Positions 1-11,076 of a DNA stretch of 59,939 bases are shown here, piece after piece. The DNA comes from Nemertoderma westbladi (taxonomy: Eukaryota > Animalia > Xenacoelomorpha): assembly GCA_032718475.1 (NCBI GenBank), contig JAUCBJ010006993.1, positions 1-59,939 of the forward strand. Direction: 5' to 3'. The notes beneath the pieces were generated by a model. It made no database searches. It saw only the letters and a program-made list of their open reading frames with translations, and was not told the origin of the DNA. The stretch's first letter is position 1, and every line of letters begins with the position of its first letter. The translations under genes were made by a program, and so were the position numbers.

Positions 1-2
1 AA

Positions 3-482
3 CAAGAATCAAAGGTTTCCATTGATCGGACTAAACCTGCTTTCATCTCAAATGAACACCATCCTGAAAATTTTGAAAGATATGAAACTGATTTGATCCC
101 AATAAGAACTAAACAAAGAAATGAAGACCTTTCAAACAAGACACTAACTGAACTTGATAATAAAATACAAGATGTAAGAAGTAAATTAAAGCCAGGATGC
201 ATTGTAATGGTTAAGCAACCTGGTTCGTCAACATGGCCTGGGATTATAGAAACGAATATAGATCTTGATTTTGACACTGTTTTAATACGTTTTTATGGAA
301 ATGATAGAAGAGTAATGATTCCTCTAGGACATATTGAATTATTTAATCCAAATAAACTTTACGGGGAAAGAACAAACACTCGAGCATTTGGTAAGGCTAT
401 CGAGTTAGCTACGAGACAATATTATAAGACAAACTCTTTAAATCGAAAAAAATCTGTGAGATTTAATTTAATTCCAAAATAG
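3..482 (+). CDS. 3' end of a Ty3/Gypsy-type pol (integrase C-terminus) fused to a PWWP-like domain; 5'-partial
   Basis: The frame is open from base 3 and reads QESKVSIDRTKPAF, resembling the VSIDRLKPA motif at the end of Gypsy integrases. It continues LKPGCIVMVKQPGSSTWPGII...VLIRFYG...AFGKAIELA (PWWP pattern) and ends RKKSVRF. A purine tract and TG follow. Confidence 0.7.
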   Translation, partial: QESKVSIDRTKPAFISNEHHPENFERYETDLIPIRTKQRNEDLSNKTLTELDNKIQDVRSKLKPGCIVMVKQPGSSTWPGIIETNIDLDFDTVLIRFYGNDRRVMIPLGHIELFNPNKLYGERTNTRAFGKAIELATRQYYKTNSLNRKKSVRFNLIPK

Positions 483-517
483 AAAACTTATCGAGTAAAT
501 GAAGTTCCACTTCTCAT

Positions 518-525
518 AAGGGGGG
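518..525 (+). other. Polypurine tract of the Gypsy-type element
   Basis: AAGGGGGG lies 36 bp after the pol stop and 3 nt before TGTTAGG at 529. Confidence 0.6.
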
Positions 526-528
526 TTA

Positions 529-2571
529 TGTTAGGACCTAAGAGACTCAACAATATTCCTTACCGGTACCAGAACAAAAAGTCTGAAACCTAGATTATTA
601 TTATTATTAAGCACTGTCTGACTGTGTACTGTCTAATATAAAAAGTGAAGAATTTATATTTTATGTAAAAAGTTAATTCAGTATTTCATACTTATTAAAT
701 AATTCAGATCTATTTGATTCATTATTTTATTATCTAATAAGGATAATAGGGTAGTAGCGATGTCGGGATTCGCAATGTAAATCCGCGTTCGCTTCCCAAG
801 CTCGGATATATCGCAGTGTGATCATCTCGTCTACGCTTTCTAAATCGCGATTAAAGGGACAATTGTAACTTTCATGTCCTTTAAGTTGACAGTAGTGACA
901 TTGAGTCATAAATTGTGGGCAGACGGCAAAAATATGAGAGTTATTAAGTCTGCAATAAGCACAATATATTTCCATCATCGGTTGTTCGAGGAAATAGGAG
1001 CAAGGTACGCTCGAGTCTAGAGGGGTGAAGTGGTCTCTCGATGCGCATAATCGACAACGTTTTCGAGAAACGTAGTTGGCGTGTCGATAATCGTACGCTG
1101 TGAGACGTTGTGGACCTTGATACCACTCTATGACATAATCATTGTCACTGCTCCGGGAAGCTGTAGGCTGAATCGCTTCTGATTCCAAGCATACTGGTTC
1201 ATCCTCCAGCTGTATAGACGAAGTGGGTGCATCTGTCTCAGTAAGTGAACCCACTGTCTGTATTTCCACGACGGAATAACCTGTAGGTATTCAGGGTCTT
1301 TGTATAACAGATGAATGTAAGTTCTGTATACAAACGTCTTGAAAAACGGCAAATCCAGCGCTACTCAGTTTCTCCGCAGCTGAGTCTCTCAGACTGAGTT
1401 TGGTCAGCGCGCGGTCCTTGAACTGACTATCGACGTTACGGAACGGAGTCAGAAAGCGTCGGAAACATTCGAAACGTATAAACTTATTGTGTTCGTCTAA
1501 CTTGGCGAGTTTAGTTCCAAGTATTAATGGGTGAGCGCGTATGGTACGACTGCACACATCGGCTAGCCAACCGGCAAGTGCTGCATTTTCAAAGATCGTG
1601 TATATAGCTAAGGAAGGACGAAGTGGAACACTCATAAAGCTATATACGGCACCAGGCGCAGTTAATGGTCCATCGAAATATAAACGAGAGTAATGATCTC
1701 CATATACTTGCTGGTAATTGATAGGATTTCCAACTTTGAAATTCCATCCATATTCTTGAAAGGCAAGATGTCCGATGGATGTCCGTTGTACTTTAGTAAT
1801 GCCGCTGGGTGTATTGGCATACATAGTGCGAAAGAAACCTCGGCACTCGGCCCAAGGAGCAATCAGCTGAGTATCAACGAAAGGGTATGGAATGTTCTCC
1901 ATATTCCTGTTGTATGCTTAATATGTTCTCCGACAGCGATGGTAGAGCAGAGGAAAAACTATTTCGCATTCTGAAATATTCAGAAATACGATCTCAGTAG
2001 GAGGATTGTAACATTCGAGGACTATCTCCAACTGAATTTATCCCCAGTGCGATGAGGGAACAACCAGTTCAATGCCTCAGTTGTTCTACATAAGATTATA
2101 AGATTTATATCTCCAATCATTGAGGGAGGTGGACAACCAGATTTATGACACACAATGGTACCAGTTGTTCACAGATTAGCCGCGTATCTTTTCAGTCCTT
2201 GAATCACGGTCGTGGACTTGAGGAAATTAGGAAGTGGTTGATTTTCTAATCAAATCAACAACAATGGTGAAAGTTGATATCATAAATATCAACAGAATGG
2301 TACAGGGACAGGAGGTGCGGACACCAATATTAGCATCCAGATGAACAGTAAGGGGTGGGGAGATTTATTAGGATGCGGTATGATCCATACCACGATACCA
2401 CTATGATTGGTCGATCGATGAAGGGAGTAAAGAGGAGGAAGGATATAGGGTAGTATCCATAAGACACCACAATGGACAAGTTTTCCATTACGTCATCATT
2501 CATTCTTGTCTTTTAATTGTGACACTGATCACAATAATTACAGGAAAACGATGAAGGAAGAGAAATTTACA
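529..2571. mobile_element. Putative long LTR (TGTTAG...TTTACA), probably the 3' LTR of the Gypsy-type element
   Basis: Begins with TG right after the PPT and ends TTTACA close to where homology to the Bel element starts. No second copy is in the window, so the right boundary is inferred. Confidence 0.35.
730..1902 (-). CDS. About 390-codon reading frame with three C-terminal CCHC zinc knuckles, interrupted by one in-frame TGA (1291-1293)
   Basis: ORFs 1291..1902 and 730..1269 share a frame and join as QRP*IPTGYSVVEIQ. Motifs: CRLCASRDH-x9-C, CAYCRLNNSH-x4-C, CHYCQLKGH-x4-C. AATAAA overlaps the stop region on the minus strand. Confidence 0.5.
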
Positions 2572-2684
2572 GCCTCCCGAAGGAGACCGCCCACGAGCAC
2601 CCGTGCCCCGGGGAAAACTATTCACATTATGGACCCTGGACATTAACACACGTCTCTTCTCCAGTGGTTCGCCTATATTTGTCT

Positions 2685-3083
2685 TTACAAGCCTTCTTCC
2701 ACGTTCTTTCTTTCGAGCTGATTTCGAATAGAGTTCTCGTGTTCTATTCTTGATTTATCGTTTCGACTTCGCTGGGTATGATATTTAAATAAAACCATTT
2801 CCCTTTCGGTGTCTACATCGTCCGTATCGTGTAAATCGATAGGGTGACCAGTAGTCAAGAAGTCCATATACGTACCATTACGATGCGTATAGCGAGCCGT
2901 GAACTTTCTACAGTCCAATTCACGCGTAAGTTGCTCCTGGGACATTGGCGGTTCGATATAACGACCATCGTCCTCCGTAGTAGTTGGATCAGCGTCGCCG
3001 CGTATCAAGCTATCGACAAACGCTTGTAAAGGTAGAGTATATCTCTCCCTGATACCAAGATCATCTTCTATTAATTCAGTCAT
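2685..3083 (-). CDS. Accessory ORF of unknown function in the 3' region of Bel copy A (132 aa)
   Basis: ATG-initiated ORF. A disrupted homologue lies at about 29015-29438 in copy B. Confidence 0.5.
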   Translation of the reverse strand: MTELIEDDLGIRERYTLPLQAFVDSLIRGDADPTTTEDDGRYIEPPMSQEQLTRELDCRKFTARYTHRNGTYMDFLTTGHPIDLHDTDDVDTEREMVLFKYHTQRSRNDKSRIEHENSIRNQLERKNVEEGL

Positions 3084-4733
3084 ATCTGCTATACGAGTTC
3101 ACCAATATTATAATGAGTTTATATATTGTTAGGCGAGCGGGCGTCGCTGCCTATTTCTCCCTTGCCCCCGGACAGTGTGAGATTCTCAGCGCCGATGTAC
3201 CGCTGTAGCTGTACTTTCGCCAACGACGTAGCTGTACAACGACAACGATAACCGGCACAAGTCACTCCACTGTCCGTCCCAAAGGCTTAGATGTACTTCA
3301 GGTTTTCCTTGGAGAGTTAGGTTACTTTCACGATTGCGACTAGCTACTGTAAACACACTTTAGCAGTAACATTCACCTATAAACTCACAAATACCACACA
3401 ACTTGTCACAACTACGCACATTAGGGCCATTTGTCCGTTAGTCAATGCCTTCCAGAATGTCACTGTATTATTATGTATCCTTGGATACTAGCAGTGCGCT
3501 ATTTATTCCCTATGCTATTCAATGGGACAAGCTTTCTATTGTTTTTTTTAACTCAATTCTAATTCTAGCGTGGTTGTTGCTATGGTGACATTATGTAAAG
3601 CTAGCGGTAGAATTAGGGTAATTCCAATGCATACAGATCTGGGATGTTATTTAATAGTAATTCTTTAATAGTCAATGTCCTGTTTTATACATGACTTTAT
3701 GAATTTTATCGGCTATTGACTATGTTTGGGAGACTTTCATACACGCATACGCATAATAATATAAATCTCCGCTCCCTTGATCTATTAATTAATGGAATTT
3801 TGGGAATGTTATAAATTGCGTAAAAGGGCAATTTATTAAATTCATTAAAAGACATGAATTTAAATTTATTCCCTGAAATTTTATTATTTGATAATTAAAT
3901 TGACATATTTCGACTCTAGAACATGTCTGGGGACACAAGATCCTTAACTCTATGAAAATTGTCCTTTTAAGAATATCGGTAAATGCTACGATACCTTAAT
4001 TGACTAGAATTGTTGAAGGATCTGAATTTTACAGATTTTGACTTATTAGATTTGCAAATATTAAATAATTAATATTTGAGATGGGCACCGATTTATTCCA
4101 GAACTTGTCTGGGGATGTTAACCACTGATTCTATAATTTGTCTTTCAAGTATATCGGTGGGTGCCACGATATCTTAATCGACTAGAATTACAGATGGTCA
4201 AAGGGTTTAACAGATTTATTTTGCGTTATACGCTACTGTTAAAGGGACATCACGCTACTATATGTATTATTTAATATATGGTATGAGAGCAATATCGCAC
4301 GAAGCAATGTCAGTGTGAAGAGGCAAGTCGTTTCCAAGGTCTACCCAGAGCTTGGTTTAGCTGAGACACGAGGATCTGAACTTTGCATTCCTAATACTCT
4401 GCCTACCAATAATACTTTAATATAGTAGTGGCTTTATTGTACTTTAATAAGTACAGACATTTCATCTTACTGTAGTTACGTATTTATAATATAATATGGG
4501 CAGTAAGGAAAGAGGAAAAGAATTATTTCTTGCCGTCGCACTAAATATAATATAAGTAATTACGTACGTAATAAACACGAATATATTGCACTATTCTACT
4601 AGATAATCGCTAAATAATATTCTACTAAATTAAATAAAACGATTATAATAAAATTACATAGTAATACATACATAAATATAAAAATAATAAAATAATATAA
4701 AATAATAGAGTCACACACCCACTCCATATGTTG

Positions 4734-7700
4734 TTACGTTATGGAGTCCCTAGATGTTTGAAGGATTAGGGAGGTGGTCGTGGGAAGAGAATCTTGCCTT
4801 CCACAGTTTCCGGAGAGTCCTCCATTCCCTTCCGGTAAACACAAACGACCGACTGGGTGATTGAGTCGCTGCATCCCGAATACAATTCCAGGTTTCCTCT
4901 TCGTCCTGGAATAGTGACGATAGAAACATCGCTCAAAGTATATGACGGCGTTACAAAGCCGATTCCAGGAGCTATAGTGGTCCGTCGCTCCCTGCAGGAG
5001 AGGTAAGAGTCCCTGCGAGACGTCTGATGTTCCAGAGCTCCAATCGCTCCCTCTGATCTTCATGAAGGATCCACTCGCGGTGGGGAGGTCCAGATCCACG
5101 GCGTCGTCCCTGGCAATATGTAATACCGACAGATCTATCCCGGGTTCAAATAACTCCGATCCACCCGTCCGGGTTTTAGGTTTGACTTTCTCCGCTCCCT
5201 TGGCTTGTCTAATCTCAGCCGGAGTAAGATGGGGAGGCCATTCATCCTCCTTACTCAGGAAGTCGGGTTCACCTAGCCGGTCTGGAGTATCTGTCAGTTC
5301 TTGAGGAGTTGCTCCTCTGGAAGCGATGTCGGCTATATTCATCGTCTTGGGGCAATATCTCCATTGATCTACATTGGAGTTAAGATTGTCATTATCTGAG
5401 GAGTGTGGTGTTCCCTCAGTTGGGTCATCTCCCTCACTAGTATCATCTTCCCATTCACTCACCTGGCAGACGCGATCTTGAAGCAGTCTTTCCCTGAGCG
5501 TTCTACGGGAAGGTCCAGTAAGGTACCAACCTACTCTAGTTCTTACCGCATAGGTCTGAAGTGGTTGCGGTTGAGTAGGTCGTTTCTCTAATGTCTCCAG
5601 CGCCTCATGCGCGTTTTGACCGATTAATATTTGTACTCCAGGATAATCGGTGTCGAATCTAGGGATGTTAAGTTGTTGGACATGATCATCTTCGTCCCAA
5701 TTATAAGGTTCCACTTGGGTGGTAGCGAAGTTCTTTATTGCCACCATTTTTACTGACCTTATACTGTATTCTCCTAGTTTATCCTGTGGAGTGGACAACT
5801 CACCTATATAATAGTCGGCAGCTACAGTAGAATTCCAAACCTTCATGATCCCTGACATGTTTAGCTTGGTTCGGAACTTGGGTTGTCCAGCAAAGATGAC
5901 TTCGGCTAGTTCTTTATCGATGAATGTTCCTGTGCTACCGGAGTCCAGGAGGGCGTTCACTATATAGCTCTTCTGAGGTCCGTGGACCCGTAACTGGACT
6001 ACAGGAAATTCTCGGATTCCTATATTGGAAGTTGGCGCTTTCCAAGATGGTTGTTGATCAGAAGTAGTTAAGGTAAGGTCGCTGTCTGTGTCTTTCTCAT
6101 GCATGAGTGCTCGATACACTGCGGTGGTGTTTATTAGGTAACAGGATTCGTTTTGGTCGGAGAATTCGTCCGTATAGAATCCTTCCATTTCAGAACTTTG
6201 GTCGGAGAATTCGTCCGTATAGAATCCTTCCATCTCAGAACTTTGGTCAGTGTCGTTCACATCACTGAATTGGACATGTAGTTCGGACTCACTTACCTGA
6301 CTCGAGCTGTTTCGTTCGAATTCAGTGTGCAACAAGATATGATGTTTTGCGCCGCACTTTGCACACCTTGCGTCGGAGTAACAGGTTCGCCGTTGGTGTC
6401 CTCGTCTGAGGCAATTATAACACAACCGCTTATCCCACATGACTTCACGTCTATCCTCGAGTGATTTCCTCAGGAATTCATCACACACATTCAAACGGTG
6501 GGGCCCGTCGCACAGCACACATTTCGGCTTGATGTTACTTACTTTAACCTGTGCTATGTGGTGCACACTTGTTCTTTCCTCGGGCTTTCTCACCTGAATT
6601 TTTTTAGGAGACGTAGGAGGGGTTTTTTGTACCGGTTCCCTTCTGTCATTGGGTCGAGACTTGGATTTACTTACCTGATCTTTAGGCATTTTATTGACAT
6701 AATAAGATCTGTCAGTGTCTTTCCCGCTGTCCTCTCCTTGAGAAGTTTGGCTTTCACTGTCGTCGGTATAACATACTGGTGTTACCCTTCTCCTAGAAAC
6801 GGGTTTCTCACTTACCTTACTTTCCGCTGTCTTCTCTCTGGACTGCTTTATGAGCTGTAATTTCACCTCGCTATCCAAGAATGACATGAGATCAGCCATG
6901 GTAGGGTCTCGTTGTTGTTGTTCCATCATATATAACACCTTCTTGTCCCAGCGTGTACCTACTCCACCCTTGGGCAAAGTAGATGCTAAGGCTCCTACAA
7001 CCATAGAATTCTGGTATTCATGAGACTTACCTAACCAATCTAGTTGTCTACAGATCTCCTGAATCTCATCGGAAAACTCTATAATCCCGCTGCTAAGAAA
7101 CTTTCGGGGCGCCATTAATTTCGCATATAAATACCTAGCTATGTTAGTCCTATTACCATACCTGATGTTTAGTGTATCCCAAACTTGTCTTAATCCATCT
7201 GGATGTCCAATAAATTTTAACGCCATTGACTTGGGAGGTCCTTCCAAACATTCGATGAGGAATCTAAGTTTCTCTCCGTTAGATAGTACAGAGTTCTGTA
7301 TGTTATCTTTGTAATATTCATTAAAAGGTAACCATTTCATCTCATCTCCATTGAACTTGACGATCTCTCCAACCTTTACCGCTTGTCGGGCTTCGGTTCT
7401 AGCCATTTGGCGTGTAAAACTTTCTTGAGCCATCATATTATTGAATAGAGAATTATCGGTATATAAGTTTCTCGGATTATTATCAAGTCTAGATGAGATA
7501 TCATTATCAACAGGTTTATAATTACCCTTAATAGGGTTTACTATAGGAGTTTCTACTTCGCTAGCAATATATATGCGTGTAGGCTCCACACCTTGCGCAT
7601 GAGATACTTCAGACCTAACAGGCTGACACATTGTTACCGAGGGTGGTGGTATACCCTTTTGTGTATTTACTAATTTATCGCGTTCGAGCGCGATACTTTG

Positions 7701-9767
7701 CTGCACTTCTTGCAACTCTAGTCTACTTTCCCTTACTGTGCCCTTGAATTGCTGAACAGTCTCCTGCATCTGCCCGAGCAGGAGATCCATCCCACGCCGT
7801 CTCTCGTCCACCCATTCGACCGCAGAAGCGGGAGTCGCCAACGTTGTAGCGGGCGGACGAGGGACAACGGGCGACAAATCATGAATATTTCGCTCGGGGT
7901 CCAGGACTTGAACTGTTTCCTGGGCAGCTCTACTGGGCACAGGTAGCTTAGTGCTGTGCAGAGGGAATTTAGAGGTAACTTCAGGGAGCACAGGTGTGTC
8001 TATCACCGAAGGGGTGATTTCAAGAACAGGCCTAATTATCTCAGGCTCATCTACTATAGTAGGGAGTCTTTCTATTTTAATTATTTGGTCTGTGGGTTCT
8101 GTACTACCTAAGTTGGTGCTATTTAGTTGCCTTCTAACAGCTGGAGGCAAATCAGGCAATTTCTGACGGTGGAATGTTCTTTTACGTCTGCTTAGACGAG
8201 ATCTATTTCCTTTGCCTTCAGTATCGGTGGTATCGCCTTCTTCAGATGATGTATATCCCTGTCTTTTGGGAGTAGATCGATTCATCATCTGCATATTACT
8301 AGCTGTTAACTGTTTATTTATGCAGTCTTGATTCTCTTGAAGATTTTCCAACTCCAGTTGGGTGATCTCTTCAGCCGCTCTCCGTTCTGCTTCCGCCACC
8401 GCTGCCGCTTTTGCCTCTGCCGCTGCCGCTTTTGCCTCTGCCGCTGCTTCTGCTGCTGACGCTTTTGCCCTTGCCTCGGCTTCTGCTGCTGCCGCTTTTT
8501 CCCTTGCCTCGGCTTCTGCTGCTGCCGCTTTTGCCTCTGCCGCTGCTTCTGCCAAGGTCGCTTTTCTTTCTGCCTCTGCCACTGCTGCTATCTTTCTGTC
8601 TTCTATACGTTTTTTCCTTACTTGTTCTTCCTTTTCTCTAGCGATGCGGAGTTGTTCATCGAATTTAGCTTGGTTCGCCGCTAACCTATCTACATCTATT
8701 GCATCCAACACATGCTGGGCTCCTTCACTATTAGGGCTAAGTCCATCTAGCCTTCTCCTCAACTCTTCATCACCTAAGAAACGTTGATAGTCTGACAAAT
8801 AGATGTCAATGGCATCCTTCTTATGCGGTTTCTCTGCCATCGCTTCACTTTCCACTTGGGAAAAAGTAGCGTCCGTTGATTCTCCATGGGTTGAGCGCTC
8901 CTCCAACTGAGCTTTCCACTGAGCTGCTCCTTGAACCTGGCGACTCACCCGTTGAAACCAAGTCTTTACGGCAACTTGCAACGACGTGTCTTGTCTTCTT
9001 TTAGAAGCCTCCTCAAAGGCTGATAAGATTAGCCTAATTCGCAGAATTCTTTCTCTAACTTGATAAAGCAGTTGTCCCTGCTCTTGAGGTCCTTGAGGTT
9101 GTTTAAACAGTTGTTTTTCTACTCGCTCCATAGAGCTGAAGAATCCTTGTGCGTATCCGGCTGCGGACCTCTTCCATACAGCTGGATCGATGGTTTCTTT
9201 GGCTACTCCCATCCGGTGTATGTCTTCCCAGGCAGCTTCTGATAAATCAAACGGGAGTCCGGGTCCGGGGAAGTTCCATTGCGACTCGACAATAGACTTC
9301 AGTTCTTCCCTCGTGTATCCCGCATAACTATCTCTAGTTGATCGCTGACTTCTCGCCCAATCGATCTGGTGTTCTTCCACCGCAATCAATAACCTAGTGA
9401 GTACGGCTGCAGGAAGGATGAGAAGGGGATCCGAATAAACCGCATCCGTCATCTCTGCTCCGCGCTCGGGTGTCAGCTCTACAGTATCCTCACTACTGGA
9501 GCTGTTGGGCCGCTGAGAAATAAGTTCTTGGCTCGCGGGTTGTTGCTGTTCTGCTGCTTCTTGGTCCCGCTTGACCTGAGCTCGAGTGCCTATGATAGAC
9601 CTACGATGTTGGACCAGCCTAGGTTCTGTTATTACTACTGGAGGGATGACCTTCCTCACAGTGGGAGGTGAACTGAACTTACGACTAGACGGTTCTATAT
9701 CTCTATCTGAGTCGCAGATAGTTACATCTAATAAACTGTCTGACAGGTTCTGCTTAGTATCAGACAT
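4734..9767 (-). CDS. Bel/Pao Gag-aspartic protease polyprotein with an RNase H C-terminal remnant; RT and integrase cores absent
   Basis: Bel Gag core (KFNGDEMKWLPF...LSNGEKLRFLIECLEG), triple Cys/His knuckles (CVLCDGPHRLNVC, CYNCLRRGHQRRTC, CAKCGAKHHILLH), protease ALLDSGS, then QWRYCPKTMNIADIASRG and YSSWNRL remnants. No YxDD or DDE core seen. Confidence 0.9.
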   Translation of the reverse strand: MSDTKQNLSDSLLDVTICDSDRDIEPSSRKFSSPPTVRKVIPPVVITEPRLVQHRRSIIGTRAQVKRDQEAAEQQQPASQELISQRPNSSSSEDTVELTPERGAEMTDAVYSDPLLILPAAVLTRLLIAVEEHQIDWARSQRSTRDSYAGYTREELKSIVESQWNFPGPGLPFDLSEAAWEDIHRMGVAKETIDPAVWKRSAAGYAQGFFSSMERVEKQLFKQPQGPQEQGQLLYQVRERILRIRLILSAFEEASKRRQDTSLQVAVKTWFQRVSRQVQGAAQWKAQLEERSTHGESTDATFSQVESEAMAEKPHKKDAIDIYLSDYQRFLGDEELRRRLDGLSPNSEGAQHVLDAIDVDRLAANQAKFDEQLRIAREKEEQVRKKRIEDRKIAAVAEAERKATLAEAAAEAKAAAAEAEAREKAAAAEAEARAKASAAEAAAEAKAAAAEAKAAAVAEAERRAAEEITQLELENLQENQDCINKQLTASNMQMMNRSTPKRQGYTSSEEGDTTDTEGKGNRSRLSRRKRTFHRQKLPDLPPAVRRQLNSTNLGSTEPTDQIIKIERLPTIVDEPEIIRPVLEITPSVIDTPVLPEVTSKFPLHSTKLPVPSRAAQETVQVLDPERNIHDLSPVVPRPPATTLATPASAVEWVDERRRGMDLLLGQMQETVQQFKGTVRESRLELQEVQQSIALERDKLVNTQKGIPPPSVTMCQPVRSEVSHAQGVEPTRIYIASEVETPIVNPIKGNYKPVDNDISSRLDNNPRNLYTDNSLFNNMMAQESFTRQMARTEARQAVKVGEIVKFNGDEMKWLPFNEYYKDNIQNSVLSNGEKLRFLIECLEGPPKSMALKFIGHPDGLRQVWDTLNIRYGNRTNIARYLYAKLMAPRKFLSSGIIEFSDEIQEICRQLDWLGKSHEYQNSMVVGALASTLPKGGVGTRWDKKVLYMMEQQQRDPTMADLMSFLDSEVKLQLIKQSREKTAESKVSEKPVSRRRVTPVCYTDDSESQTSQGEDSGKDTDRSYYVNKMPKDQVSKSKSRPNDRREPVQKTPPTSPKKIQVRKPEERTSVHHIAQVKVSNIKPKCVLCDGPHRLNVCDEFLRKSLEDRREVMWDKRLCYNCLRRGHQRRTCYSDARCAKCGAKHHILLHTEFERNSSSQVSESELHVQFSDVNDTDQSSEMEGFYTDEFSDQSSEMEGFYTDEFSDQNESCYLINTTAVYRALMHEKDTDSDLTLTTSDQQPSWKAPTSNIGIREFPVVQLRVHGPQKSYIVNALLDSGSTGTFIDKELAEVIFAGQPKFRTKLNMSGIMKVWNSTVAADYYIGELSTPQDKLGEYSIRSVKMVAIKNFATTQVEPYNWDEDDHVQQLNIPRFDTDYPGVQILIGQNAHEALETLEKRPTQPQPLQTYAVRTRVGWYLTGPSRRTLRERLLQDRVCQVSEWEDDTSEGDDPTEGTPHSSDNDNLNSNVDQWRYCPKTMNIADIASRGATPQELTDTPDRLGEPDFLSKEDEWPPHLTPAEIRQAKGAEKVKPKTRTGGSELFEPGIDLSVLHIARDDAVDLDLPTASGSFMKIRGSDWSSGTSDVSQGLLPLLQGATDHYSSWNRLCNAVIYFERCFYRHYSRTKRKPGIVFGMQRLNHPVGRLCLPEGNGGLSGNCGRQDSLPTTTSLILQTSRDSIT

Positions 9768-11076
9768 GTTTGTGTGTACAGTTGAATGTCTACTGCTATA
9801 TTACAGTCTGAGCAAGTCTAGTAATTCAGTATTAACTGCTAGCCTAGTAATTAATTACCGATACTGCTACTCAGTGCAGCGTGATATATATAATATATTA
9901 GAATACCGGTATGCTTATAGTATATATAACTATATAAGTTTTATTACAGACTAGGTTTATCACAGAATACCGGTATAATTTTAGCACAAATATATATAAA
10001 TATATAATAGGCCTATCGGGAATACCGGTATACAGCTTACAGTTTGTAGTATATATAATTCTGGACTAGAATTAATTACAAGTACCGGTATAATTTCAGC
10101 CTAAATTTACAGAAATAAAGATAATAGGCCTATCGTAAATACCGGTATATCAATTATTTTAAATTATTGAATTTCTGAATTTTAGGGTTACTTGGTTACT
10201 TTACTTACTTTATTACCGTTATTTGAGCAGTAGTCCAACTGATATTGAGACCTAATGGTTGTATGGTAGGCCTACTATTTATAAATCGTTAGATTTGATT
10301 TATATTTATATATACCCGTTTTAATGGGTTTTATCAATGTTTGAAATAAATGTTATTATTTCTGGGGGGTAATCACTACACAAAGCGGTACGCTTTCAGT
10401 GAAGTGTTACTTATAGGACACTAAAACAAATAATTCTAATTTACCTAAGTTACTTAATACTACAAATTACGTACAATTCAGGTGAGATTACAATCTCTAA
10501 ATAAACACAAAAATTTACAAAACACAAAATACGAATTTTTAGGGTAATTTTACAAGAAGTCTACAAACCAGCCTAACAAAGGGTTAGAAATCTGGTTATT
10601 ACAACGGACAGGGTTCTACGGTATTTGAAAATAATAAGTAGTAGTAAATACACTGCGTTGTCCAGATAGGAAAATACCACCGCCTGACGACCTATAGCCG
10701 TATCGCTATAGGTTCTACGTTATGTATCACGGAGTGTTCCTACCTAGAAGTTAATAGAGCTAATCGAACGTGCCTATCAACCACTTTACAACACAAATAT
10801 AATGCCTACACTAATTACTTTCGGAAAGCACTGTACACTAAACCCTAAATTAGGTACGAGTACTTGTACAACAGATAATCAGTAGTTAAATATACTTGAA
10901 CAGTTAAAAGAACCACGGCATCTGCTGGAGTAACCGGTGCACAAAATCACCAGTCTTTACCTACGCCAAGCAGCCCGTGTAGTACCGGGGTTAATTTAAC
11001 TATAACGGTATGTATAACAAACACAATTACTGTAGGAACAAACTTGGGGAATGAATGTTGCGAATAATCGCATAAA

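Noticed and set aside
1330-1480. BIR-like fragment (FECFRRFLTPF...EKLSSAGF)
   Set aside because: The zinc-binding C-x2-C...H...C of BIR domains is missing, so the similarity is too weak.
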